DNA of 64,000 bases from Methylotenera sp. (lineage in GTDB: Bacteria; Pseudomonadota; Gammaproteobacteria; Burkholderiales; Methylophilaceae): contig NZ_JAQSCU010000018.1 of NCBI RefSeq assembly GCF_029945535.1, forward strand, positions 117,340 to 181,339, in the 5' to 3' direction. Each line of letters opens with the position of its first letter. Within the stretch, counting starts at the first letter, position 1. The notes under the pieces are model-generated. The model did not search any database and was not told the origin of the DNA. It saw only the letters and a program-made list of their open reading frames with translations. Position numbers and translations under genes: made by a program. Shown here one piece after another: positions 20,106-30,744 of the stretch.

Positions 20106-23100
20106 CTACAACAACACCTTCTCAATCCCACCGTTATTCACTCGCGCTACATATTCCTGCATCCAATTTTCACCAAGAATATGCTTCGCCATCTCAACAA
20201 CAATGTAGTCTGCCTCAATACCAGTGTCTTCACCATAACGAGACAAGCCCTGCAAGCAGCTTGGGCACGAAGTCAAAATTTTCACTTTTTCTTCAGGATT
20301 ACCTACCGTTAGGCCCATTTTACCCATGCCTTTTTCCAGCTCTTCTTGCTTACGCATTTTCACCTGCGTGGCAATATCTGGGCGCGCAACAGCAAAGGTG
20401 CCGCTTTCACCGCAGCAACGGTCATTCAGTTGGACGTCAGTGCCCATAAGTTTATTGGTCACCTCTAAAGGTTTATAAGTCTTCATCGGCGTATGGCAAG
20501 GGTCATGATACATATACTTAGTACCAGTAATGCCTTTCAGCTTCATGTCCTTTTCCATGAGATATTCGTGAATATCTAACAGTCTGCAACCTGGGAATAT
20601 CTTTTCAAATTCGTATTTTTGCAATTGATCCATACACGTACCGCAAGACACGATGACAGTTTTAATATCCAAGTAATTCAGCGTATTGGCCACTCGATGA
20701 AACAGCACACGATTATCCGTAGTGATTTCCTGACCTTTATCGTGATTACCACTTGCTGTTTGCGGATAGCCGCAACACAAGTAACCTGGTGGTAATACGG
20801 TAATTGCACCTACTTCATACAACATCGCCTGCGTAGCTAATCCTACGTTTGAGAACAAACGCTCAGAGCCACAACCAGGGAAGTAGAACACCGCTTCTGA
20901 ATCTTCAGTCACAATTTTAGGATTACGAATGACTGGAATCATTGTGTCATCTTCAATACCCAAAAGTGCGCGTGAAGTTTTGGTCGGCATTTTCTTTGGC
21001 ATTGGTCGATTGATAAAATGAATCACCTGAGCCTTGATTTCCGGCTTGCCGACAGTCGCTGGCGGTCTGATTTTATCTTTTAACAGATGAAATTTCTTAG
21101 CCAAGCTATGCGCGAAACTTTGCGCTCGATAGCCAATGGTGACCATAAAGGTGCGCATCAACTTAATCGTTGCAGGGTCTTTAGCATTCAAGAACGCCAT
21201 ACCCAAAGCAGTACCCGGATTGAATTGCTTCTTACCTTGCTCGCGCAGGAAGTTACGCATAGCGACTGAAACATCGCCAAAGTCAATATCCACTGGGCAT
21301 GGGTTTAAGCACTTATGGCAAACCGTACAATGGTCTGCTACGTCGTTAAACTCATCAAAGTGTTTCAGTGAAATACCGCGGCGCGTTTGCTCTTCATATA
21401 AGAAGGCTTCAATCAATAAAGACGTGCCTAAAATCTTGTTTCGCGGGCTATACAGCAAATTAGCCCTTGGTACATGTGTGGTACACACAGGCTTACATTT
21501 TCCGCAACGCAAACAGTCACTGATTGAGTCTGCAATCTCGCCAATGGCTGATTGCTCCATAATGATAGACTCTTGCTCAAGCAAGCCAAAGCTAGGCGTA
21601 TAGGCATTCTCTAGCCCTGAACCTGCCATGAGTTTGCCTTTGTTAAAGTGACCGTTTGGATCGACTTTATTTTTATATTTGGCAAATGCTTCAATCGTTG
21701 AAGTTTCTAAGAACTCCATTTTAGTAATACCGATGCCATGCTCACCTGAAATCACGCCATCTAAGCCCTTAGCTAGCGCCATCACTCGCGCCACAGCTGT
21801 GTGCGCTGTACGCATCATTTCGTAATCATCAGAATTCACTGGAATGTTGGTGTGCACATTACCGTCACCCGCATGCATGTGTAAGGCAATGAATACGCGA
21901 CCTTTAAGTACAGTTTTGTGAATTTCATCACAACGATTCAGTATTTTTTGATACTCACGACCTGCAAATATATCCGCCATTGGGCGCTTAAGTTCACGCT
22001 TCCATGAAATACGTAAATCGTAAGACTGCACAGCACGGAACACATTTTCATACTGACCGAGTGGGTCGCCAAGCTGACCCAGCACATTCACTGGCTCATC
22101 CAATGTATTCAAAATCATGCGCCATTTAGCACGTAAATCGCGTAGCAACTGTAAAGCAATCAATTGTTTTGATTGCACCATCTGCGCATCTGCGTTGCCA
22201 TCTTCATCAGCTTGCAGAGGTAAATCACCTTGCATAAATGCTTCTAAAGCATCTAGCAGTTGCAGCTTGTTATTGATAGACAGCTCAATATTGATGCGTT
22301 CGATACCGTCTGAATAATCACCTAAACGAGGTAATGGAATCACCACGTCTTCGTTAATTTTGAAGGCATTGGTATGTTTGGCGATGGCGGCGGTACGGGC
22401 ACGATCAAGCCAGAACTTTTTACGCGCTTCAGCTGAAACAGCAATAAAACCCTCGCCGTCGCGTGCATTACACAAGCGAACGATGTGCGAAGCCGCTTCA
22501 CCCACTGCATTTTCATCGTCGGAGGCAATATCAGCAATCAACACCATTTTAGGGCGTTGTTGACGGGCAGCTTTGGTCGCATAACCAACGGCCTTGATAT
22601 AGCGTTCGTCCATGTGTTCAAGACCAGCCATTAACACTAGCGGATCTTTTCTCGCAGTCGCGTCTAAATAATCTTTGATTTCAACAATGGCAGGCACAGC
22701 GTGCGATACATTGCCAAAGAACTCCAAAGCCACCGTGCGTACATGCTTAGGCATACGATGCAAAATAAATGTCGCAGAGGTAATTAAACCATCGCAACCT
22801 TCTTTTTGTATACCTGGTAAACCACTTAAGAATTTATCAGTAACGTCTTTACCCAAACCAACCTTACGGAAGCTAGGCCCTGCAATTTCTAAAATCTCCG
22901 GCTCTGCCAGCAAGGTTTTCATGTCTTCTGCGTAGCGACTCACTTTAAAACGCGCCATTGCAATATCATGAATTTTGCCTAGATTATGGTCTAAGCGTTC
23001 CACCTCAAGCCACTCAGCATCAGGTGTTACCATACGCCATGAGGCGAGATTGTCTAAAGCCGTACCCCAAAGCACTGCTTTTTTACCACCCGCATTCATC

Positions 23101-23999
23101 GCAACGTTACCGCCAATACATGACGCGTCAGCTGAAGTTGGGTCGCAAGCAAACTCTAAGCCGGCATCAGTCGCAGCTTCCATTGCACGACGTGTTACCA
23201 CACCAGCACCACATTCAATGGTCGCCACTTGTCTTGCTACACCCGGCAAGGTACGCATTTGTACGCCAGTGTGTTGATCTAGCTTTTCCGTATTAATCAC
23301 CGCAGACATAGGCGTCAGCGGAATGGCACCGCCTGTGTAGCCAGTACCGCCTCCACGTGGAATGACAGTAAGCCCTAACTCAATACAAGCGCGCACTAAG
23401 TAAGCAATTTCTTTTTCAGTGTCAGGGTTAAGCACCACAAACGGGTACTCAACGCGCCAGTCAGTAGCGTCTGTGACGTGTGAAACTCTAGCTAAACCAT
23501 CGAACAGAACGTTGTCTTTACGCGTGATTTTCGTAAATTTAGCTAAGGCTTTTTTACGCAGATCATAGGTTTGACGGAAGTCATCCGCAAACTTATCAAC
23601 CGCTTTTTTTGCAGCAGTGACCATTTTTCGCACTTTATCACTGGCGGTGCTACCCGTGTTGCGCTCATCAATCGCAGCAATGCGGTGATGCAACGCATCT
23701 ATCAAAGCTTTGCGACGCTTAGGATTTTCTAACAAATCGTCCTGCAAATACGGGTTGCGGGTTACAACCCACAAATCACCTAGCACTTCAAACAACATGC
23801 GCGCAGAGCGGCCTGTTTTACGCTCGCCGCGTAATTCGTTTAAAGTTTCCCATATACCCTCACCCAAGAACCGAATAACGATTTCGCGGTCTGAAAATGA
23901 GGTGTAGTTGTAAGGAATTTCGCGCAAGCGCGTAGCAGGCTGTGCTTCTGCATGATGAATATTGCTATGTAGAGGTGCGTTCATTGTTTTTTTGATCAA
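20106..23999 (-). CDS. Large fused FAD-linked oxidase / 4Fe-4S / CCG-domain oxidoreductase (GlcD-GlcF-like fusion with an extra N-terminal module)
   Basis: 1297-aa ORF. FAD-binding PCMH motif [14 protein letters not shown]. Two ferredoxin-type cluster motifs ([23 protein letters not shown]). CCG-type cysteine motifs (CCGYP, CCGESG). Confidence 0.85.
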   Translation of the reverse strand: MIKKTMNAPLHSNIHHAEAQPATRLREIPYNYTSFSDREIVIRFLGEGIWETLNELRGERKTGRSARMLFEVLGDLWVVTRNPYLQDDLLENPKRRKALIDALHHRIAAIDERNTGSTASDKVRKMVTAAKKAVDKFADDFRQTYDLRKKALAKFTKITRKDNVLFDGLARVSHVTDATDWRVEYPFVVLNPDTEKEIAYLVRACIELGLTVIPRGGGTGYTGGAIPLTPMSAVINTEKLDQHTGVQMRTLPGVARQVATIECGAGVVTRRAMEAATDAGLEFACDPTSADASCIGGNVAMNAGGKKAVLWGTALDNLASWRMVTPDAEWLEVERLDHNLGKIHDIAMARFKVSRYAEDMKTLLAEPEILEIAGPSFRKVGLGKDVTDKFLSGLPGIQKEGCDGLITSATFILHRMPKHVRTVALEFFGNVSHAVPAIVEIKDYLDATARKDPLVLMAGLEHMDERYIKAVGYATKAARQQRPKMVLIADIASDDENAVGEAASHIVRLCNARDGEGFIAVSAEARKKFWLDRARTAAIAKHTNAFKINEDVVIPLPRLGDYSDGIERINIELSINNKLQLLDALEAFMQGDLPLQADEDGNADAQMVQSKQLIALQLLRDLRAKWRMILNTLDEPVNVLGQLGDPLGQYENVFRAVQSYDLRISWKRELKRPMADIFAGREYQKILNRCDEIHKTVLKGRVFIALHMHAGDGNVHTNIPVNSDDYEMMRTAHTAVARVMALAKGLDGVISGEHGIGITKMEFLETSTIEAFAKYKNKVDPNGHFNKGKLMAGSGLENAYTPSFGLLEQESIIMEQSAIGEIADSISDCLRCGKCKPVCTTHVPRANLLYSPRNKILGTSLLIEAFLYEEQTRRGISLKHFDEFNDVADHCTVCHKCLNPCPVDIDFGDVSVAMRNFLREQGKKQFNPGTALGMAFLNAKDPATIKLMRTFMVTIGYRAQSFAHSLAKKFHLLKDKIRPPATVGKPEIKAQVIHFINRPMPKKMPTKTSRALLGIEDDTMIPVIRNPKIVTEDSEAVFYFPGCGSERLFSNVGLATQAMLYEVGAITVLPPGYLCCGYPQTASGNHDKGQEITTDNRVLFHRVANTLNYLDIKTVIVSCGTCMDQLQKYEFEKIFPGCRLLDIHEYLMEKDMKLKGITGTKYMYHDPCHTPMKTYKPLEVTNKLMGTDVQLNDRCCGESGTFAVARPDIATQVKMRKQEELEKGMGKMGLTVGNPEEKVKILTSCPSCLQGLSRYGEDTGIEADYIVVEMAKHILGENWMQEYVARVNNGGIEKVLL

Positions 24000-24187
24000 C
24001 GTCTTTTTTTGAGTAAATGTCTAGATAAATAGCTTTGCTATTAAGATAGGTGATTATAACATGTTGAATCACTGCAAATAAGCGCGACTGTTTTGTGGTT
24101 ATTGAAGTTTTTTCTGACCCATTTTAAATCATTAAGTTGCGTATTAATTATGGCTTACTGCCACTATAAATAAGATAGACTATTTGC

Positions 24188-24694
24188 ATGAATAATTTAT
24201 TAAATAAATCACTAATTGCTGCCGTTATATTGATATTGCTAGGTTCTTGGGCAGCGCTTACCCACAATAGAAGCAACGCACCAGAAGTTACTTTTACCAC
24301 CATTGAAGGTAAAAAAATCAGCATGGTGGACTTAAAAGGCAAAGTGGTATTAGTGAACTTTTGGGCAACCGACTGCCTAGCTTGCGTCACTGAAATGCCA
24401 GCATTAGTGGCTACGTATCAGCAATATCAACAAAAAGGTTTTGAAATCATTGCCGTTGCAATGCCTTACGACCCACCTGCACAAGTGTTAAATTATGCCA
24501 CCCAAAAGAAGCTGCCCTTTCCCGTAATGCATGACGGGCTTGCAGAAATAACAGAAAAGTTTGGTAATGTTGATTTAACGCCAACGACCTTTATTTTTGA
24601 TAAGCAAGGTAAGCAGTTACAACGTACAATTGGGGCATTAGATTTTGTTAAGTTAAATCAGTTATTAACTGCAGAACTTACTGCAAAAAATTGA
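24188..24694 (+). CDS. TlpA/ResA-like periplasmic thiol:disulfide oxidoreductase
   Basis: 168-aa ORF with an N-terminal anchor and thioredoxin-fold motif NFWATDCLACVTEMP (CxxC). Confidence 0.8.
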   Translation: MNNLLNKSLIAAVILILLGSWAALTHNRSNAPEVTFTTIEGKKISMVDLKGKVVLVNFWATDCLACVTEMPALVATYQQYQQKGFEIIAVAMPYDPPAQVLNYATQKKLPFPVMHDGLAEITEKFGNVDLTPTTFIFDKQGKQLQRTIGALDFVKLNQLLTAELTAKN

Positions 24695-24713
24695 TGATGA
24701 TTAAAGGATTTTA

Positions 24714-25127
24714 TTGATGTTATGGGTTAAAGCATTTCACATTATTTTTGTCACCAGCTGGTTTGCTGGGCTATTTTACTTACCTAGGCTTTTAGTCAAT
24801 CACGCCATGGTGACAGATACTGTAACATCTGAACGACTTAAGCTGATGGAACGTAAATTGTATCGATTCATGTTTCCGCTCGCAGTGCTAGCACTCAGCT
24901 TTGGCCTTTGGCTGTGGCTAGGCTATGGCGTGACAGGCAAATGGATGCACCCAAAATTAACACTGGTTGCCGTGCTTATTGCTTATCACTTTTATTGCGG
25001 AAAGCTAGTTAACGACTTTAAACATGATAGAAATACACGCAGCCATATCTGGTATCGCTGGTTTAATGAGCTTCCTGTCGTTGCGCTTACTCTAATCGTC
25101 ATACTGGTTGTTGTTAAACCGTTCTAA
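24714..25127 (+). CDS. hemJ: Protoporphyrinogen IX oxidase HemJ
   Basis: 137-aa four-TM protein. HemJ-type N-terminus WVKAFHIIFVTSWFAGLFYLPRL. Confidence 0.8.
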   Translation: MMLWVKAFHIIFVTSWFAGLFYLPRLLVNHAMVTDTVTSERLKLMERKLYRFMFPLAVLALSFGLWLWLGYGVTGKWMHPKLTLVAVLIAYHFYCGKLVNDFKHDRNTRSHIWYRWFNELPVVALTLIVILVVVKPF

Positions 25128-25150
25128 TCATTTAAAGGGTGATTTAAGCG

Positions 25151-25948
25151 ATGGATATCTTCAATTCTCAGTGGTTACTTAATATGCTGGCTAAATCCAG
25201 CAAAACGCCACAAGGTCGCGTGCTCAGCCTGTTTGACATTTTAAATGACTGGCTTGCTGCACCTGACACGCAGATGACCATCACACAAACTTCACTAGAG
25301 AGTAGTCAGCTCATCGAGTTTTTAACAGCACAAGCTAAAAACTTAGGTGCGTCTAACCCATCCATTCTAGCTGAGCACATTGCACTGATTGCGCGTAATG
25401 CAGCACAGCAAGAAATCAATCAGCCTGGTTGCGGTAGTTTAATGCATGCTAAAAAAGCAGCGAATGCGCTGATTCTGGCGCAAACTCAAAATGAATGGGT
25501 TTGGTTAGAAAATCTACGCGATAAATTACCTGCTTTTACACCAAGCATGTCCAAGCCAGCCATTTATGGAGTAGCCGCAAGTTTATTTGTAATGATTGGT
25601 ATTGGTTCAATTTGGCTACCCACACTTTTACATGCGCAAGCTAAGCCTTTAATCGCTAAATCTTTTAACAATGAAACTACAAAAGTGAGTGCTGCAATAA
25701 GTCCAGCGAATACTAGGTTAACAGCCCAAGAAGCAGCTGCGATGTATGCAAGATATGAGCAGATGCGTAATGGCACGTGTCAGTTTCCCGAAGCGATTCA
25801 GATTCCGGATAAAGATAAAGCAGTTTATTTAGAAAATGTAGTGGGTGGGAAAATACCAACCAATTTGAATGACTTGGCGATTGCCAATTCATATTTAGAA
25901 AAAGTACGCTGTAATTTCACGCCAATGTTAATGGCAAACTCTAGATAA
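25151..25948 (+). CDS. Hypothetical protein with one central TM segment
   Basis: 265-aa ORF with hydrophobic segment AIYGVAASLFVMIGIGSIWLPTLL and no recognised catalytic motif. Confidence 0.5.
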   Translation: MDIFNSQWLLNMLAKSSKTPQGRVLSLFDILNDWLAAPDTQMTITQTSLESSQLIEFLTAQAKNLGASNPSILAEHIALIARNAAQQEINQPGCGSLMHAKKAANALILAQTQNEWVWLENLRDKLPAFTPSMSKPAIYGVAASLFVMIGIGSIWLPTLLHAQAKPLIAKSFNNETTKVSAAISPANTRLTAQEAAAMYARYEQMRNGTCQFPEAIQIPDKDKAVYLENVVGGKIPTNLNDLAIANSYLEKVRCNFTPMLMANSR

Positions 25949-26013
25949 CTAAATCACAGTGTGGCAATGCTTTTACATCGCCACACCTGTTTTAAGTAAC
26001 TATACTTCAGTAA

Positions 26014-26517
26014 CTACTCTAGAATTTTCTTTAGGTTTGCTAAACCACCTTCGTAAACGCCACCAATAGCATCAGATGCTGCTTTTTCATCCGCAGGCGC
26101 TTTTGGCAAAAAGCTGCCTTCCCACACTACAACAGATTTATCTGCACCATTTGAATATACATGTAAGTTTGAAGCGTAACTAGTCACAGGCAATACGCCA
26201 TCAGTAATGATGTAGCTCATCGTTTTACTTTTAGCATTGTACGCAGTTAATGTTTCATTAATCTTGCCGCCATCTTGCAATGTTAGCGTGCGTTTTGCAC
26301 CTTTTTTACCTTCTGATCCAGCAACAATTTCCGTTTTTGCTACTGCTGGATGCCAAGCGCCTAAATCGCCAAACTTAGAAATCTTTTCCCAAGCAGTTGC
26401 AGCCGGTACATTAATGTTGACAGATTTAATGACATAAAGTGTTGTTGCTGATCCTGCGTTGGCATTTGCTGTAAAACCAATCGCTGCTAAAGATAGTGCT
26501 ATAAGTAACTTACTCAT
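26014..26517 (-). CDS. Secreted SRPBCC (polyketide cyclase/START-like) family protein
   Basis: I prefer the ATG at 26517 (MSKLLIALSLAAIGFTANANA signal peptide), preceded by AGGAGA. SRPBCC-like core with W..I..F..L..WHP. Confidence 0.65.
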   Translation of the reverse strand: MSKLLIALSLAAIGFTANANAGSATTLYVIKSVNINVPAATAWEKISKFGDLGAWHPAVAKTEIVAGSEGKKGAKRTLTLQDGGKINETLTAYNAKSKTMSYIITDGVLPVTSYASNLHVYSNGADKSVVVWEGSFLPKAPADEKAASDAIGGVYEGGLANLKKILE

Positions 26518-26730
26518 TATAATTCTCCTAAAAAATATACAAATTGGTATATACATTTAACATCGCATTATTACAGTATAATTATTTATAATGTTGTTTT
26601 AAATCAACAATGAAAAACAATTAAACTGCAACCGTGAAAATAGTTTATCTTATATATACAGGTCTGTATATAGATTTTTTATTTATTTTGGTATAGAATC
26701 AAAATTCAAGTGTTAATTGGAGGCAATGCT

Positions 26731-27294
26731 ATGTCTTCGCTAAAAAGTAAAATACTAATAGTCGCTACCGACCTCTTCCAAACGAGGGGTATAAATTCGA
26801 CTGGCGTTGATACGATTGTCGCAGTTGCTGGTACAACTAAAATGACGCTCTATAAATACTTCACTAGCAAAGAGAATTTAATTCTTGAAGTGCTAGAAAA
26901 AGGTCATCAAGACTTTCAAAGCTGGTTGAGCGAGAAACTCAATTCCAACGCAAAAAAACCAAGCGAAAAACTACAAAAACTATTTGAATTTATTGAAGAG
27001 TGGGTAACATCACCAAACTTCCGTGGCATGGGATTCATTAAAGCTTCTGCAGAGTTTCCTAATGAAGAGAGCCCCGTACATCAACTTTCTTCAGAGCAAT
27101 CACGCCAGTTTAGGCAATATATTAGTAGTCTAGCCACAGAAGCAAACATTCAAGACGCAGATGGCTTAGCACTACAACTCTCACTCATATTTGAAGGCGC
27201 CGTTCAGGCTGAACAGATGAAACGTGGCTCTGGCGCCATGAAGTATGCGAAAAAAGCCGCAAAAATATTAATCGACAGCTCACTCACAAATTAG
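26731..27294 (+). CDS. TetR-family transcriptional regulator
   Basis: N-terminal HTH (ATDLFQTRGINSTGVDTIVAVAGTTKMTLYKYFTSKENL). I prefer the ATG at 26731, preceded by GGAGG, over the track's GTG at 26710. Divergent from the SRPBCC gene. Confidence 0.85.
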   Translation: MSSLKSKILIVATDLFQTRGINSTGVDTIVAVAGTTKMTLYKYFTSKENLILEVLEKGHQDFQSWLSEKLNSNAKKPSEKLQKLFEFIEEWVTSPNFRGMGFIKASAEFPNEESPVHQLSSEQSRQFRQYISSLATEANIQDADGLALQLSLIFEGAVQAEQMKRGSGAMKYAKKAAKILIDSSLTN

Positions 27295-27370
27295 CCTTAA
27301 CATTAATTTGGCTTGCCTGTGCAAGCCAATACCTTAGATAATAGAATCTTTAATTTAATCTATTATTTTC

Positions 27371-28324
27371 ATGAATACTCTTATTTGCGGTTCGCTTGCT
27401 TTCGACACCATCATGGTGTTTCAAGATCAATTCAAAAATCACATCTTGCCAGATAAAATTCATGCATTGAGTGTGGCGTTTTATGTGCCTGAAATGCGCC
27501 GCGAGTTTGGCGGTACTGCAGGTAACATTGCTTACAATATGCAATTACTTGAAGGCAATCCGCTCATCATGGCAACCGTGGGTGAAGACTTTTCTACCTA
27601 CTCGCAATGGTTGAACCAAAACAAACTTAACACTACACATATTAGAACTATACCTGGCAGCTTCACAGCACAAGCCTTTATCACTACCGATACCGATGAT
27701 AATCAAATCACCGCCTTTCACCCAGGTGCGATGGTCGAGTCGCACCAGAATAGCGTCAACGATGCTAAAGACGTAACTTTGGCAGTGATTGCCCCCGATG
27801 GACGTGATGGCATGTTTCAACATGCACGTGCATGTTTTGAAGCTGGCATTCCATTCTTGTTTGATCCTGGCCAAGGCTTACCGATGTTTGACGGCAAAGA
27901 GCTTTTAGAGTTTATTGAAATGGCCGATTACTTAGCGGTAAACGACTATGAGTCGCAAATCATTCAAGATAAAACTGGACTTGATTTAGACCAATTAGCA
28001 CTTAAGGTAAAAGCCTTAATCGTGACGCTAGGCGGCGCTGGCTCACAAATTTATGCTGATGGTCAACGCTTTGACATTCCATGCGTTAAAGCCATGAAGA
28101 TTGTCGACCCAACGGGTTGCGGTGACGCATACCGCGCAGGCTTGCTTTACGGCATTGCAAAAGGCTGGGATTGGCCAACCTGCGGCAGGCTAGCTTCGAC
28201 TATGGGTGCGATTAAAATTGAAAGCCGTGGTGGGCAAAACCATAAACCTACGCGTGCTGAAATTGAAGCAATCTACACGCAAGCCCTAGTGGATGAAACA
28301 GCGCTGACTGAAAATTTAGGCTAA
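27371..28324 (+). CDS. PfkB-family carbohydrate/nucleoside kinase (adenosine-kinase-like)
   Basis: 317-aa ORF with PfkB signatures GGTAGNIAYN near the N-terminus and DPTGCGDAYRAG near the C-terminus. Confidence 0.8.
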   Translation: MNTLICGSLAFDTIMVFQDQFKNHILPDKIHALSVAFYVPEMRREFGGTAGNIAYNMQLLEGNPLIMATVGEDFSTYSQWLNQNKLNTTHIRTIPGSFTAQAFITTDTDDNQITAFHPGAMVESHQNSVNDAKDVTLAVIAPDGRDGMFQHARACFEAGIPFLFDPGQGLPMFDGKELLEFIEMADYLAVNDYESQIIQDKTGLDLDQLALKVKALIVTLGGAGSQIYADGQRFDIPCVKAMKIVDPTGCGDAYRAGLLYGIAKGWDWPTCGRLASTMGAIKIESRGGQNHKPTRAEIEAIYTQALVDETALTENLG

Positions 28325-28439
28325 TACACGCAACTATACATAACAATAAATAGTCTGAATTGATGTATTAGTTATTGGCATCGAAATTAAAGATATAGCA
28401 CTAACAAAAATTAGTTAACAACATTTTAGGAGGCATCAT

Positions 28440-28892
28440 ATGAAAACAACAAGATTATTAGCCGTTGGTATATTGAGTGTATTTCTTGCAGCGTGCGCCA
28501 GCTCAAATTCTGGTAGCGTTTATAGCCGTGACGATGCACGTAAGGTGCAAACAGTCAGAACTGGCGTGGTAGAAAGTGTACGCTCAGTGAAGCTAGAGGG
28601 TACAAAGTCACCTATTGGCACAATCGCAGGCGGTGCAGTGGGAGGCATTGCGGGTAGCTCAATCGGCGGTGGCCGTGGTAGCGCCATTGCAGCAGTAATT
28701 GGCGCAGTCGCTGGTGGCTTGGCGGGCTCAGCAGTCGAAGAAGGCGTTACACGTAAGGACGCGTATGAAATCACTGTGAAACTTGATGGTGGCGCGTTAA
28801 TCGCCATTGTACAAGAAGCGGATGAAGAATTTAAAGCTGGTGATAAAGTGCGAGTGGTTGAAAACAGCGGAGCCTCACGCGTTTCACACTAA
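28440..28892 (+). CDS. Outer-membrane lipoprotein, SlyB/PCP-like glycine-zipper family
   Basis: 150-aa ORF. Lipobox LAAC. Glycine zipper IAGGAVGGIAGSSIGGGRGSAIAAVIGAVAGGLAG. Confidence 0.8.
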   Translation: MKTTRLLAVGILSVFLAACASSNSGSVYSRDDARKVQTVRTGVVESVRSVKLEGTKSPIGTIAGGAVGGIAGSSIGGGRGSAIAAVIGAVAGGLAGSAVEEGVTRKDAYEITVKLDGGALIAIVQEADEEFKAGDKVRVVENSGASRVSH

Positions 28893-28916
28893 TTAGATTT
28901 ACTCTAGTGACACATT

Positions 28917-28950
28917 AAGAGATGCAAGCTTCTTGCATCTCTTTTTTTTT
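28917..28950 (+). terminator. Rho-independent terminator after the SlyB-like gene
   Basis: AAGAGATGCAAG-ctt-CTTGCATCTCTT stem followed by a T-run. Confidence 0.85.
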
Positions 28951-28987
28951 ATTTAAACTTTCGTTGCAACTCGTCGCTAAGAATAGA

Positions 28988-29027
28988 CTGTCAACAAAAA
29001 GTCATATTTCTGTCATCTTTTTTTCAC
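28988..29027 (+). promoter_or_regulatory. Two tandem Pho boxes (four phased 7-bp repeats) upstream of olsB
   Basis: CTGTCAA-caaa-AAGTCAT-attt-CTGTCAT-cttt-TTTTCAC, with repeats starting at 28988, 28999, 29010 and 29021 (exact 11-bp phasing). The array ends 44 nt before the ATG at 29071. Confidence 0.6.
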
Positions 29028-29070
29028 TTTTGTTCATTAAAGTCACCTTAAATTTAAGAGGAGACATTTA

Positions 29071-29871
29071 ATGATAAATAAAGAGTTTTCAGCACTCGAT
29101 ATTACGCTCGGCAGCGCACTAGCGCTCAATCAAAAACTTGCACATGTAGCCACTCACGATCAGAAGCGACTTAGTATCAGCCTTGCGCACAGTCAGATAG
29201 AAGTTGAAGAAGCGCAACGTTTACGTTACAAAGTGTTCGCAGAAGAAATGGGCGCTCAGCTCTTAGGCACTGGCGGACTTGATGTGGATGGTTTTGACCA
29301 ATATTGCGATCACTTAATTGTAAGAGATACTAGCACCAACCAAGTGATTGGTACCTATCGAATATTAAGCCCCTCAAAGGCGAACGAAGCAGGCGGTTAT
29401 TACTCAGCTGCAGAATTTGATTTAAGCAGACTATCGCACTTATTTGACCGTACGGTTGAAGTAGGACGCGCATGCGTGCATCAGAATTATCGCAACGGTG
29501 GCACCATTACTATGCTTTGGGCTGGCCTAGCTAAATATATGCAAGTTCACAATTATGAATACATGATAGGTTGTGGCAGTGTGAGCATGGTAGATGGCGG
29601 CCACGCAGCGGCCAGCCTTTATCACAGGCTACAAGATGACTATCTATGCCCACTTGAATACCGCGTATTTCCACGCAATCCGCTGTTAAATGACTCTCTA
29701 CGTACTGATATGCAAGTAGCTTGCCCGCCGTTAATCAAAGGCTACTTACGCCTTGGCGCTTACATCTGCGGTGAACCTGCATGGGATCCTTACTTCAACA
29801 CGGCAGATATGCTGGTAATGTTGCCACTTAGCAGAATGAATACTAAATACGCTGCGCATTTTTTAAAATAA
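29071..29871 (+). CDS. olsB: GNAT-type N-acyltransferase, ornithine-lipid OlsB-like (hemolysin-like family)
   Basis: 266-aa ORF with family motif AQRLRYKVFAEEMGA and TYRIL. Followed directly by a lyso-lipid acyltransferase gene, as in olsBA pairs. Confidence 0.7.
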   Translation: MINKEFSALDITLGSALALNQKLAHVATHDQKRLSISLAHSQIEVEEAQRLRYKVFAEEMGAQLLGTGGLDVDGFDQYCDHLIVRDTSTNQVIGTYRILSPSKANEAGGYYSAAEFDLSRLSHLFDRTVEVGRACVHQNYRNGGTITMLWAGLAKYMQVHNYEYMIGCGSVSMVDGGHAAASLYHRLQDDYLCPLEYRVFPRNPLLNDSLRTDMQVACPPLIKGYLRLGAYICGEPAWDPYFNTADMLVMLPLSRMNTKYAAHFLK

Positions 29872-29898
29872 ACTGCCTAGAAAAAGCCTCTAGAATAA

Positions 29899-30744
29899 AT
29901 GATTAGTTTTGCAAGTGCGTTCCGTATAAAATATGGCGTATTGAAATCGATTAAAAACAACGCCATTATCATACCTACTAGAACCAGCAGACTCACCCGC
30001 TATTTTAGGGTTAGTCGTATTTTTTTACACACGTTGCTAGGAATCACATTAGCAGCATTGGTATTTCCGCTATCTAGCAAGTTGTTTAAATTAAGACTAA
30101 TCAAATGGTGGTGCCGGCATTTGTTAGAGGCTTTCAACATTCGGCTTGTGAGTCATGGGAATTTACCGCCGCCCTATCAAACTGCGAGCAATATCATGTT
30201 TGTTGCCAACCATATTTCTTGGATTGATATTCATGCACTCAACAGCATTATCCCAACAAGATTTATCGCAAAATCAGACATTCAAAGCTGGCCGGTATTT
30301 GGCTACCTAGCAAAAAAATCAAATGTGTTGTTTATTTCTAGAGAGAAGCGTCAAGATGCCGCGCGCATTGTGCACGCGACTAACCGCAGCTTGTTAGATG
30401 GCGATACGCTTTGCTTGTTTCCAGAAGGCACCACGACAGATGGCACTGAAGTTAAGCCCTTTAAAAGCAGCATTATGCAAGGTGCAATTCATGCAAATGC
30501 TGTGATTTGGCCAGTTGCGTTCCGCTATCCTCTTAAAGATGGCAGCGCAAATACTGAGATTGCATATGCTGGCGAAACAACCTTAATCGAATCCATACAA
30601 CTTGTATTGCAGCAAAAAGAAACTGTCGTTGAGCTGCATTTTCTAGTGCCAATAGCCACTGCTGAACTTACTGATATGGATAAAGATCGCCGAAAACTTA
30701 CCTTACATATTGAGCATTTAATTAAAGATAAATTAAGGCTTTAA
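29899..30744 (+). CDS. olsA: Lysophospholipid / lyso-ornithine-lipid O-acyltransferase (PlsC family, OlsA-like)
   Basis: 281-aa ORF. HX4D motif (NHISWID) and FPEGTTTDG acyltransferase motif. Confidence 0.7.
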   Translation: MISFASAFRIKYGVLKSIKNNAIIIPTRTSRLTRYFRVSRIFLHTLLGITLAALVFPLSSKLFKLRLIKWWCRHLLEAFNIRLVSHGNLPPPYQTASNIMFVANHISWIDIHALNSIIPTRFIAKSDIQSWPVFGYLAKKSNVLFISREKRQDAARIVHATNRSLLDGDTLCLFPEGTTTDGTEVKPFKSSIMQGAIHANAVIWPVAFRYPLKDGSANTEIAYAGETTLIESIQLVLQQKETVVELHFLVPIATAELTDMDKDRRKLTLHIEHLIKDKLRL

